NCBI RefSeq assembly: GCF_006345805.1
Contig: NC_043002.1
Span: forward strand, 75,702,001 to 75,766,000
Source of the DNA: Octopus sinensis
Lineage: Eukaryota
Length of the DNA stretch: 64,000 bases
Reading direction: 5' to 3'
The notes below the pieces were generated by a model, which made no database searches, was not told the origin of the DNA, and saw only the letters and a list, made by a program, of their open reading frames with translations. A program made the position numbers and the translations under genes. The number at the start of each line of letters is the position of its first letter. Positions within the stretch are counted from its first letter, which is position 1. Of the stretch, positions 52,650 through 64,000 are shown piece by piece.

Positions 52650-52949
52650 AAGGTGGTGAGTTGGCATAATCGTTACCATGCCAGACAAAATGTTTAGTGG
52701 CATTTCTTCTAGCTTTATCTTCTGAGTTCAAATTGTCCTGGTGCCGACTTTGCTGACAAACAAGGACAGACAAACAGATTAAGTCGATTATATCGACCCC
52801 AGTGTGTAACTGGTACTTATTTAATCGACCCTGAAAGGATGAAAGGCAAAGTCGACCTTAGTAGAATTTGAACTCAGAACGTAGCGGTAGATAAAATACC
52901 ACTAAGCATTTCGCCTGGCGTGCTAACGTTTCTGCCAGTTCGCTGCCTT
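52650..52949. mobile_element. Family A 5' half (+, 52650-52753) fused to an inverted family A copy (-, 52755-52949)
   Basis: Both carry the same tRNA-like head, in opposite orientation. Confidence 0.8.
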
Positions 52950-54264
52950 CAACTCTATTTCTAATCCAACTGTATTTCTGGTGAGTTTGGTTTTCCTAGA
53001 TATAAACTCATCTCTTTCCCATTTGGAGGACTTCAACTAACCAAATCTTGAGCATTCAGTACCTCTCAAATCTCATATTTCAGTTGCTGTTTGTGTCCTT
53101 TTGTACTGCTCCATCTCTTAACCAAGAGATGTCATAGACTGCCAGAGTAGGCTTTTAAAGATCGTTGTCTCCAGTCCAAACCTACCTACAAATATAGTTC
53201 ATCATAGTGCTGCTGAAAAGCAATGCATTTACTTGGACTTTTAGATACCACGTTCAGATATCATTCATTTCAGTCCATTAAAGTTCATATTTTAACTTTG
53301 TTTCCACATTGGACCTCTGTCACTTGGATTCATATAACAGATTGTATAAACACTAAACCTGAGGGTATGCACAATTAGCACAACAAATAATGAGTTCAGA
53401 ATTGAAAAAAAAGCAGCCAGGATTCAATTTTTACCTATAGCACATTGACTTCAATGCTTTTTCCTACAAACCTATTTTTGTCTGTTGACTAGCTTCCTCA
53501 CTCATCTACTATTCTGGACCATCAGTTTCTTACTAAAACTAACTGATGAAAAGAAGAAAAAAAATAGTAGTATAGATAAGAATCCAATATCACTTTTCAT
53601 TCTATTTAATGAATTTTTTATTTTATTTTATCGTATTTTTCTACTTTTTTTGTAAACCTGTAATTCATACCATTTTTTAACTGCTTATTTTTGCTGGGTA
53701 GGAGCAAATTTAATGTTGAAAGGAAGTAAATGTTCTCATAAACTGTGGGCTTTTCTTCTTCCATAACATCTTATCTAACTTTTTTCTTTTTTGTTTTTTT
53801 TGGGTTTTTTTTTTGTATTCTTTTGTCCTCTGTTATCTTTCTCTTTTTCAACTGACATATCAACTAAATAATGAACTTGTAAGGAGCTGGAAAGTGTACA
53901 TGAGGGGAGATAGGAAAAGAAGAATCTGCGGCGGGGGGGGGGGGATTGTGTGTGTGTGTGAGAAAGATAGAGAGAAAGAGAAAAAAAAATAAGCAAACAA
54001 TAAATCAGTTTTTGTTTTAGAGAGAGAGAGAGAAATTTCAGAAGAAGCTTTTAAGGCCAAATTCACATGCTTCATCTTCAATTCTAATTTCTTGGAACTG
54101 ATGTTAAGCTGTACTGAACTTAACCATTTACAGTTATTTTTTCTGACAAAACACTTGATGTGAAAATTCTTCAACGATCTAAGAATGTCTAGATTTTGGC
54201 CACAAAAAATTCACTTCCAGTTTTTAATAACAACAACAACAATAATAATAATAATAATAATAAT

Positions 54265-54780
54265 AATCCTTTCTACTATAGGCATAAGGCCTGAAATATT
54301 GGCGGAGGGAGCAAGTTGATTACATTGACCCCAGTGCTCAACTGGTACTTATTTCATCGATCCCAGGGGTGGAAAAGTTGATCTTGGAAGAATTTGAACT
54401 CAGAACATAAGGATGGATGAAATGCCATGAAGCATTTTGCCTGGTGTGCTAACGATACTGCCAGCTGGCAGAATAATGATAATGATAATAATAATGATAA
54501 TGATAATAATAATAATAATATTGGTGCTGGTTTCAGATTTTGGCACGGGGCTGGCGATAATAATAAGGATTTCTTTCTAATTTTTGACACAAGGCCAGCA
54601 GTTTTGAGGGGAGGGAGTTAGTTATTTCACCAACCTCAGTGCTTAACTGTTACTTATTCTATCGACCCTCAAACAATCGAAGGCATAGTCAGCTTCAGTA
54701 GCATTTGAACTCAGAACTTGAAGTTAGAAGCTGCTAAGCAGTTTATCCAGTATGATCATGATTCTACCAGCTTACTGCCT
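54265..54780 (-). mobile_element. Family A SINEs in (AAT)n (about 54265-54470 and 54570-54780)
   Basis: cctttctactataggc...atttgaactcagaac...ctgccagc. Confidence 0.75.
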
Positions 54781-54973
54781 TCATAGTAATTATAATAATA
54801 ATAACAATAATAAAAGTTACAACATTTTCCACAAGGCCAGTAGTAATAATAATAATGATGATAATAATAATAATAATAATAATCCTTTTCAGACAGGTAG
54901 TCATGATGGGTATACTGGGCTTTGTATATTTTATCCCAGTGTCACTTTGATGGCATGCGCTGCTCTCTCATTC

Positions 54974-55007
<34 letters not shown>

Positions 55008-55038
55008 TAATAATAATAATAATAATAATAATGATAAT

Positions 55039-55212
55039 GCAGACAAAAAATTTGACTCCAATCAACCAGACATTGTGATCAAGGACTACAACAGAGAAAC
55101 TTGTCTGTTAATAGATATGTCTGTTCCACAAGATCAAAATGTCTCAAGAAAAGAATACATAAAGCTTTCTCGCTATACAAATCTGCAAATTGAAATTACA
55201 AAAATGTGGAAG
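55039..55212 (+). mobile_element. R4/Dong-like endonuclease fragment, third subfamily
   Basis: Open frame DKKFDSNQPDIVIKDYNRETCLLIDMSVPQDQNVSRKEYIKLSRYTNLQIEITKMWK (PD..D..K RLE pattern), directly after (AAT)n. Confidence 0.75.
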
Positions 55213-55349
55213 CTTAGTACTGAACCTGGAACCATGTGTTTGGGATGCAAGCATCTTACCATACAGACATGCCCAGAATTGATTTATATGCTTATTTAAT
55301 CCACAGCAGGGTTTTGCACTGTTTAAATATATAGTACATATATCCCCGT

Positions 55350-55670
55350 GTGTGAATGTGTCTGACCTAGTGTTTAGAAGGTGTTACACTCACAATCACA
55401 AGATCATGGTTTCAAATCCTAAACTGGGAAGGGCATTGTGCTCTTAAGCAAAAACACTTCAATTCATGTCATTCCTTGATCACTTCAACATCTTACATGT
55501 AGTGCACCATTACACCTGTACAGGCAATGTTGATTCAACGGAGAAAGTGAGCTAATTTATAGCACAAACATTTGATCTCTATAAACAAATATCTGTGCGG
55601 GTTGTTCAGCATGAAGTTGTAGAACCCTTACCTATCGTCTATCATTTCTGACAGGAGAGTTCTCCACATC
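55350..55670 (+). mobile_element. tRNA-headed SINE related to 50480-50775
   Basis: ctcacaatcacaagatcatggtttcaaatcc..gtgctcttaagcaaaaacactt..gatctctataaacaaat. Confidence 0.6.
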
Positions 55671-56537
55671 CTCCAATGCAGTGGATTTTTGCAAAGTTCC
55701 TTTCAATCTTGCAAATTTCGTTCCTGAAGGCTGTGGTTAACCTGAGCATATGGTGCAGCAAATGCACTTTCCTCAAAGCAGTGTACAATAGAATTAAACC
55801 CAGAACCAAATTCACACACACACATACACACTGTTTTATAAACAAACAGAAACAAAAAGGTAAAAAAAAAACAAAAGGAATACTCTTTCAGTGATTATGG
55901 TGGTTTAAATTGTTGACCTTTCTTGAATTTTACACACGGCGGGGGAGGGGGTGAGTTAGTAGCAGCAGCAGCAGCAGTATAAATTATATATATTGATTGT
56001 AGTTTGTTGTTTTTGTGAGATTGTTTGTTAGGGGTGGGGGGTGAGTCTTCTCTTTTCCACCATACATAGGACACTACTTCGTCTTCCCACCACCAACCTT
56101 CATATATCCTTGATGAAACTGAAAAAGGGTGAGGGTGGGTGGGAGAGAGAGAGATAGAGAGAGAGGGTGTGGGACGTGGGTGGGTGGCTGGGTGGGGGAG
56201 ATGAGGAATCTCTAATAACATCAAGTTGTCTGTAAATGTGGCATTAATAGAGAGACCAGCAGGCATTGATTTACAGGAGATAGCAGCAGGATATGAGTGA
56301 AAGAAATCTGATCTGTTGGAATCTTCTTCTCTTACAGAAACAACAGCAAGAACCACAGCACACACACACACACACATTGTGTGTGTGTATGGGTGTATAT
56401 ATGTGTATGTATGTGTGTATATATGTATGTGCATATATATATATATGCATATATAAGTGTGTGTGTATATATATATAATGCATATGTGTATGTATACATA
56501 TATGTATGTGTATATATAAACACAAACATATATACAT

Positions 56538-56717
56538 ACATTGTGTGTATATACTTATATGTACTTAAACATGTGTGTGTGTGCATATATATATGCATAT
56601 GTTAGTGTGTGTGTATATATATATATATATATAATGCATGTGTGTGTATACATATATACATACATTGTGTGTATATACTTATATGTACTTAAATATGTAT
56701 GTGTGTGCATATATATA

Positions 56718-56758
<41 letters not shown>

Positions 56759-56824
56759 GCATGTGTGTGTATACATATATACATACATTGTGTGTATATA
56801 CTTATATGTACTTAAATATGTATG

Positions 56825-56866
<42 letters not shown>

Positions 56867-56988
56867 TATGTTAGTGTGTGTGTATATATATATACATATA
56901 TAATGCATATGTGTGGGTGTATACATATATGTATGTGTATATATATGCACATATATACATTGTGTGTATATACTTATATGTACTTAAA
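56538..56988. repeat. Compound minisatellite with a 32-bp invariant core x4
   Basis: ACATTGTGTGTATATACTTATATGTACTTAAA at 56538, 56662, 56785, 56957. Confidence 0.9.
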
Positions 56989-57437
56989 CATGTGTATATG
57001 TACACACACATACATATCTAATATACATACATGTATACACGCATGAACGCATTATATGTATGATAAACTTGCAACCTTCAGTAAGTACTTTAAGAGATAG
57101 AAATGCTGTTTGATCTGTTGCTGCCTCCTCTCACATATCCCTAAGACAGCCAACCAGCCAGCCAGCCAGCCAGCCAGGAGCTCAAGATAGCTATCTTGTG
57201 TTTATATATTTATTTAATCTCATCAGGCCTCTCTCAGCTCTTGTAAATGAAATGTAAATGTATATCAGCTGCAAAGAAAGACTAAATTGAGCCCTCATTT
57301 GCCAAATTTCTCTGTTGTGGTCGGGGTGGAAAGAAGAATGATGATAATTTTTACTCTAGTATTTTATTGCTTTTTTATTAATTTTTATATGTATGTTCGT
57401 GTGTGTGTGTATATATATATATATGTATGTATGTATG

Positions 57438-57473
<36 letters not shown>

Positions 57474-57811
57474 ATTCTTCATTGTAACATTATATATATG
57501 TGTGTGTGTCTCTATAGAGATATAGACGTATATGTGTATCTATATCTCGATATATATGTGTATGTATATAGACATATATGTGTGTGCATGTGCATATATA
57601 TATCTTGTTTTGTGTATTTTCTTTATGGTAATGGTGGTGAAGATGTTGATGCTGAAAATGTGATTGAAGAGGCCTACTTGTTTTATTAAGTTGTTGTTTA
57701 AGACAAGTATAGTGGTAAAAAATATATAGCATTTCTTCACAGAGAAAGAGAGAGGAAGGGAGGGATATAGTAATGATGATGATGATGATAATAATAATAA
57801 TAATAATAATG

Positions 57812-57861
<50 letters not shown>

Positions 57862-58534
57862 GAAGAAGAAATCCAACAAAGAATACAGTTGTGTAGTTTA
57901 CCATTTTTTCTTGAGATAATTATCTCTCGTTTAACACAACATTCTTTTGTGTCATAGCTGCTTACTTGTAACAATAATCTAGTGATGGCAAAATAAACCA
58001 ACTTTTTACAAGAATCGGTTGCACTGCTTTGCGACATAGAATATTCAGAAAACACACATTGTCGTCATTGCTGCTGCTGCTGCTGCTGCCAGTACCACCC
58101 ACCACCATCATCATCACCATCACCATCATCATCACCACCATCACCACCACCATCATCATCATCATCATCATCATCATCATATTTTGGTCTTGAAATGAAA
58201 AATAAAATATCTTTATTAGTTAACTAGGAGAATCCTTATTCTTTGTTTTCTTGTCCTAGGAACTTATCCAAGAAAAATAGAAAGAATTAAATAACTAAAA
58301 AAGGAATATAAAAAGATATAGAACAAACATAATTGTTCATTGTGTTATTATTGCTGTTGTTGATGGTATTGTTGTTTCTGTGTATCTTTCATTTCTCTGA
58401 TGCACCATTTTATATAATGAGGTTGATGATGATGATGATGATGGTGGTGGTAGTAGTATTAGGTGCTGCGGAACTTGTAGGAAATTAAATTTAGGTTACC
58501 TGACCCATCAGAAGATAAGCATTTTAAAAAAAGA

Positions 58535-60316
58535 TTAACCCTTTAGTGTTCAGATTAATCTGTCAAATGTAATGCTTATTTGCTCATGTTATTTTGAATT
58601 ATTCAGGTTCAAGGAGGGTGTCCACAATATTTGCTTGTAACTTTGTCAATTTTTTTACATGCAAGTTTGAAATTTTGTCAGTGGGTGCTCATATACCAGT
58701 GGATTATAGTTATGTAATTCTAGCTGATCTTGCTAATTAAATTTGACTTTTTATGGGCATGTAAATTTAATTAACAGGTATAAAAGCAATAACATTATGG
58801 ATAAACACTAAAATTGAAATTCTTCCTGTTTGATTTGTTACTAAAATTATTCCAGATGTCAACTGCTAACGATTTTTCCACTTTTCAAGATGAGGTACAT
58901 TCATTTGAATTAATTAAAATACAGATATAATTGGTACAAGATTTTATTCTTTTTTTATATTTCATTCAAACATTTTCATTGTAAATAAAGTACAAAACTC
59001 TTTTACTAGTCAATATACTATTGGATATGTACTCTTATACAATTTAATGAATACATTTACATAACAGAATGTATCTGATAAAAAAAGCTCATTAACAGGT
59101 GAGACAAAGGTGAATACAGGTGTATAAGATACTGAAAATTAATATGTATTTCTCACTTTCATATATTATTTGTAATAAAATGAAAGGAATACATGATACT
59201 ATTACTATCAAACAACAAAATATAGTTATGCCATATTTCTATCGTGAAACTGTCTGAAGCATCCTTTGCACAAAGTGCACTTTACAAAATGAACACATAC
59301 ATGAGCTCTTCCAGTTTTTCTTTTTTGCAGCAAACACAGTCTGCAAACTTTTTTCCTTCCATTTATTTTTTCCACTTTATGGAAGTCAATATTTTCTCTG
59401 TTGACATCCACCTCCGTTAATTTTGCTTCTCTCCAAGTTCTGTGCTTTCTGGAAGAAAAGCCCTTATGTAACTGAGATGCAATGTCAACCTGAAATTTCA
59501 AATGGTCATAGTCCTTTGGTGGTGGAGATACCTTGTGGCTTTTTACATAAACAATATATGAATTAATTATAGTCAGACATAATGCTAGAGATATATGGAT
59601 CACCATACCTTATATCCAGTAGTTCCACAGTTGAGGAAGCTACTTGATACCAAACATAATGTTTATAATAAAAAAAGCTTGTATTTCTGCAGTATAGTGG
59701 ATCAAGTCTTCCACGAATAGAAATTATGCATTGAGCATATTTGTTTCCTCCGCAACAGTTTCAAAAAACTTTATGGTAAAAATTAAAATGAATAGTCCAA
59801 TGGTTGAGCATCAGAGGGTAGACTGTGTCGTGGGCTAGTCTTTTCTGTGAAATCGGGAATTGTGGTTGATGAAGTAATCTTCAACCATGTTGCCATAATG
59901 TTTTCAATATCATTTTCATCACTTTCATTATTGAAATCTTCCTCAACAAATGAAGATTCATAAATTTCAATATGATATATCCAAAGACAAACCACTGTTG
60001 TTTTCATTTATATTTTGTACATCATCAAGAGTAAAACCTTCAAAGTCAGAATCACTACTTGCTGATGCCATATCATTAAAAACTAAGATATACACTTCTC
60101 TTCAAATGTTGAAAACAGCAAGAAGTCTCAAAAATTTCACAGTATTTTTATTTGAATAAAGACAGGAAAGGCTTTATCTCACATCATCTCTAGGCTACAA
60201 GAATTCAGTAATGTGATTTGTTTATTCTTTTAGTGATTCCGCAGAGGAATCAGACATGGCCAGGAATAAAGGGGAATAATTTTCAGCTGGTTTTGGCTGG
60301 TCTAAAAAAGGGTTAA
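58535..60316 (-). mobile_element. Internally deleted piggyBac-family DNA transposon
   Basis: TTAA at 58535-38 and 60313-16, each next to CCCTTT-type termini. Minus strand encodes piggyBac-like N-terminal motifs (PLDYSF..FFETVAEETN; AEIQAFF..MFGIK*LPQLWNYW) joined directly to a C-terminal region (IINSYIVY...CRLC...LCKGCFRQFH). The DDD core is absent. Confidence 0.8.
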
Positions 60317-60505
60317 AACAAACTTAGTACCAAAAGATCACATTTCATGCATAACATGACTGTTGAACATTGGCTGCAACAAACTGTTGCTGCTGTGATG
60401 ATGATGATGATAATAATAATAATAATAATAATGATAATAATAATAATAATAATATAATAATAATAATAAAATAATAATAATAAAAAGATAGTAATAATAA
60501 TAATA

Positions 60506-60551
<46 letters not shown>

Positions 60552-60893
60552 TGATGTAACAACAACAATAATAATCCTTTCTACTGTAGGCACAAGAACT
60601 GGACATTTTTAGTTGGAGGGGTTGGAAATTTTAGAGGCACAAACAAACCATCACTGGCTGTCAAGTGTTGAGAGATAAATGCAAAGGCATATGTACAAGT
60701 ATACAGACACACATTTACATATACATACAACACAAAGGGCTTCTACATAGTTTCCATCTACCAAATTAATTCACAAGGTATTGGTCATCCCAAGGCGTTA
60801 ATAGATGACACTTGTCCATGGTGCTAGGCAGTGGGACTGAACCCAAATCCACTTGCTTGCAAAGTAGATTTCTTAATGACACTGCCATGTTTG

Positions 60894-60919
<26 letters not shown>

Positions 60920-60929
<10 letters not shown>

Positions 60930-61250
60930 TTCAAACTTTACCGCAAGAGCAGCCATTTTTGGGGGGTGGAGGGGATAAGTCAATTACATCAACCCTAGTG
61001 TTTCACTAATACTTAATTTATTGACCCCAAAAGGATGAAAGCAAAGTCAACCTTGGCAGAATTTGAACTCAGAATGTAGCAATGGGCTAAATACTGCTAA
61101 GCATTTCACCCAACATGCTAATGATTCTGCCACTCACTGCCTTAATAATAATGATGATGATGGTAATTTTTTCTACTATAGAAACAGGACCTGAAATTTT
61201 ATGTGAGTGGGACAGTCAATTTCATTGACCTCAGTATTCAACTGGTATTT
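60920..61250 (-). mobile_element. Family A SINE plus a partial copy just upstream of the PIN exon
   Basis: aagtcaaccttggcagaatttgaactcagaatg...ctgccactcactgcctt. Confidence 0.75.
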
Positions 61251-61335
61251 ATATAGTAATAACTATTGCTTTTATTAGTTGTTTCTTTTTTTTTTAATTT
61301 TATTTTCCTTAACTCTCTTTTCTTTCTTTTTTCAG

Positions 61336-61489
61336 GCTGAAGTGTCTCAACTAGAGGGTTCCCTGGAAATTGACCAACCAATTTTCCCTCCTTATCTGGT
61401 AGCACATACCTCTGTGCTCTGTGATGCTCTCCCTTATCTGAAGCAGTTAACTCAAACAGCTCGTTGTATAATTATTATACCATTAGCTG
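61336..61489 (+). CDS. SMG5: SMG5 coding exon, 154 nt, phase 0-1, start of PIN domain: AEVSQLEGSLEIDQPIFPPYLVAHTSVLCDALPYLKQLTQTARCIIIIPLA
   Basis: Continues the previous exon in frame. Matches recalled human 'LEVSQLEGSL...SPYLVPDTQALCHHLPVIRQLATSGRFIVIIP'. Long pyrimidine tract and ttcAG acceptor (61334-35), CTTAAC at 61308-13, donor G|GTAAGC at 61490. Confidence 0.92.
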
Positions 61490-61759
61490 GTAAGCTTTGC
61501 ATCTTTTTTTGCTTTGTTTTTCTTTTTTAAATCTCTGTAACAAATTTAGACTTTTATGCCAGGTGTACTCAATCACCAGGTTGTGGGCCAGTACTAGGTT
61601 GTTTTTCATTTGGTGCTGGGTGACTGATCATTTGGTACCAAGTTACACTGAAAGAATAAATTTTACAATTTTATTCTTATTTCATTGCCTATCACAGTTT
61701 GCTAGTTTTTGAGGGATTATATATGTATTAATTAAATTACATATGAAGCACATTATTAT

Positions 61760-61905
61760 GTTTTGGCATTAGGAAGGGCATCCAACTGTAAAAACCATGC
61801 CAAATCAGACTGGAACCCGGTGCAGCTCCTCAGCTTACCAGTTTTCAGTCAAACCATCCAACCCATGCCAGCATGGAAAGCGGACAGTAAATATGATCAT
61901 GATGT
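61760..61905 (+). mobile_element. RTE 3' tail fragment
   Basis: ggcattaggaagggcatccaactgt...acccatgccagcatggaaagcggac. Confidence 0.7.
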
Positions 61906-62134
61906 TCTCATGATACCCCAGTCTGTGGGAAAATTGTTTTGCATGAAACCAATCTATGGATCAAAAATGGTTGAGAACTGGTATTTTATTCCAATAACAG
62001 ATTTATTTCCTTTGCCTCTCATGCAAAGTTAACTTTGGTAGAGTTTGAATTCAGAAAATAAATCTCTAAAATAAATGCCATAGGGTATTTTTCCTGATGC
62101 TCTAATGATGTTGCCAGCTTGCTACCTTAATAAT

Positions 62135-62355
62135 AATCATAATGATTTCAAATTTTGGCACAAGGCTAAGAGTTTTAGGGAAGGGAGTAAGTTGATTATG
62201 ACAACCCTGGTGTCCAATTGGTGCTTATTTTATCAAACCAAAAAGGTTGAAAGGCAGAGACAACCATGGTGGAATTTGAACTCAGAATGTTCAGGTGGAT
62301 GAAATACCTCTAAACATTTTGCCCATAATGCTAATAATTCTGACAGCTTGCAACT
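62135..62355 (-). mobile_element. Family A SINE
   Basis: ttgaaaggcagagacaacc..gaatttgaactcagaatg..ctgacagcttgc. Confidence 0.7.
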
Positions 62356-62968
62356 TTAATGATAATATTAATGATAAAAAATAACAATGACACATCGAAT
62401 TACAGAGATACCTTTGCATGTGCACACGCTCACAAGCTCTCACACGTGTGTGTGTGTGGTGGTTATGTAGGCTTTGTGGATGAAGTCCTGGACTATTGGC
62501 AGGCATTTCATGAGCACAAACCTTGTCCTTCTCAACAAGGCATGGCATTGTCTCCTGACTGTTTTCAATCAATCAAGCAACCAAGAAGGCACCACTCCCA
62601 TTTTTATGCTTGAGCAGTTAGCATCAGTGGTAATCTTTAGCATGTCTGCTGTCAAGCATGTCATGTAATTCATTACAGAACTGCAGAACCACCCCTTCCA
62701 ATTCCTGCATTATGAGTATTTGTGTATAAGTGTGTGTGTGGTGTGTGTGTGTGTGTGTGTGTGTGTTTGTATGTATGATATTCATATATTTATGTGTATG
62801 TATATATATATATATGTATATGTATGTATATATGTATTTATATGTATATGTGTGTATATATATATATATGTATGTATATATGTATTTATATGTATATGCA
62901 TGTATATATATGTGTATATATGTATGTATATATGTATGTGTGTATATATATGTGTGTGTGTATGTATG

Positions 62969-63013
<45 letters not shown>

Positions 63014-63130
63014 ATATATATATATTATATATCTGTATGTATATATCTATATATATATACACATATGTAAATATATGTGTGTGTGTATATATATAGGTAA
63101 ATATATATGTGTGTGTATATATATATATAT

Positions 63131-63230
<100 letters not shown>

Positions 63231-64000
63231 TGCATGCACATAAAAATACCAAAGCGTATGCACAAATAGTAACACACATGTATACATACATACACACACA
63301 TACATACATACACACACATACATACATACACATGCATATATACATACATGCATACATACATACATACATACATATATGTACATATATATTACGTGTGTTT
63401 CTGTCTGTGCCTATGCCTTGGTATTTTTATTATGTGTATGTGTGTATTTAGTGTTCAGCTGTTACTATGTAATAACACTGACATTTATCTCACTATTATT
63501 TACTAATGATAACAGCTGTTAGATATTCTAGGGTGGTTTCAATTCCAGGGTGGCGGGGTGATTCCAGGCACTACTACCACCCACCTCTCGACCCCCCTCC
63601 CTCCGTCGCCATCGCCATCTTACTACTACCCCTACCCCCACAAGCACCACCTCTTTCACTTATCTTGGTATTCCATTGCTGTGTCTATGTAGCATACTTG
63701 AAGTTGAAGTAATCAGTGTCTGATATGTTAGGAAGCAGCCAGTGGGTAAAGGTTGGGTTGCATTTTGTCTACAGAGGATCTTGTAGCTTTACAAGCAATA
63801 CATGTGAAAGGAGCTTATGTGGGGAGCCTCTTGTTCTATGTGGTAGAGCAACATACTGGAAATATTGACTAAATCTCCTTCAGATCACACTGAAGTCTTT
63901 TGAAAAATGAGACATATTGCATAAGCTGGTCTTGTGTACCCTGCACACAAGGACAAAAGATGGGAGTAGTCGTAGTTGCATTGGCTGTAACCCTTTCGGG

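Larger units (their letters stand above)
21199..61335 (+). other. SMG5: SMG5 intron, 40,137 bp, GT-AG, phase 0
   Basis: Bounded by GTAAGC and TTCAG; flanking exons join as ...RLQ|AEVSQ..., contiguous in SMG5 orthologues as I recall them. Confidence 0.85.

Noticed and set aside
55632-55723. Possible minus-strand exon ending at AG|GTAAG (TKFARLKGTLQKSTALEDVENSPVRNDRR*)
   Set aside because: All frames stop within the segment, the acceptor is weak, and the donor lies in a SINE tail.
56538-56988. CRISPR-like 32-bp direct repeats
   Set aside because: Spacers are related dinucleotide runs of 91-140 bp; this is a minisatellite.

Overview
AT-rich animal genomic DNA saturated with microsatellites and retroposons. 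The repeat families (tRNA-headed and CORE-like SINEs, RTE 3' ends with (GAT)n tails) look like Octopus/cephalopod DNA; this species call is inference. The only host gene I can support is SMG5 (NMD factor) on the + strand. It has two small coding exons, 21139-21198 (VNAESRRNQLMRDMAQLRLQ) and 61336-61489 (AEVSQLEGSL...PYLVAHTSVLC..., start of the PIN domain), joined in phase 0 across a 40,137-bp intron. No other SMG5 exon was recognised. The introns hold decayed mariner, Tc1, piggyBac, R4/Dong-like, RTE, L1/Tx1-like and Penelope-like fragments, MITEs and dozens of SINEs. Most listed ORFs are microsatellite artefacts. Top leads: (1) a nearly canonical type I hammerhead ribozyme fold at 48630-48723 (-), plus two more degenerate hammerhead cores within 3.5 kb; (2) an internally deleted piggyBac (58535-60316) whose two ends build a 228-bp MITE family also present in the window; (3) His in place of the Asp of the SMG5 PIN 'YLVPDT' motif; (4) a recursive-splice-like exon start and a candidate cassette/poison exon in the long intron. 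Repeat boundaries were read by eye and are approximate unless a TSD or splice site is cited.
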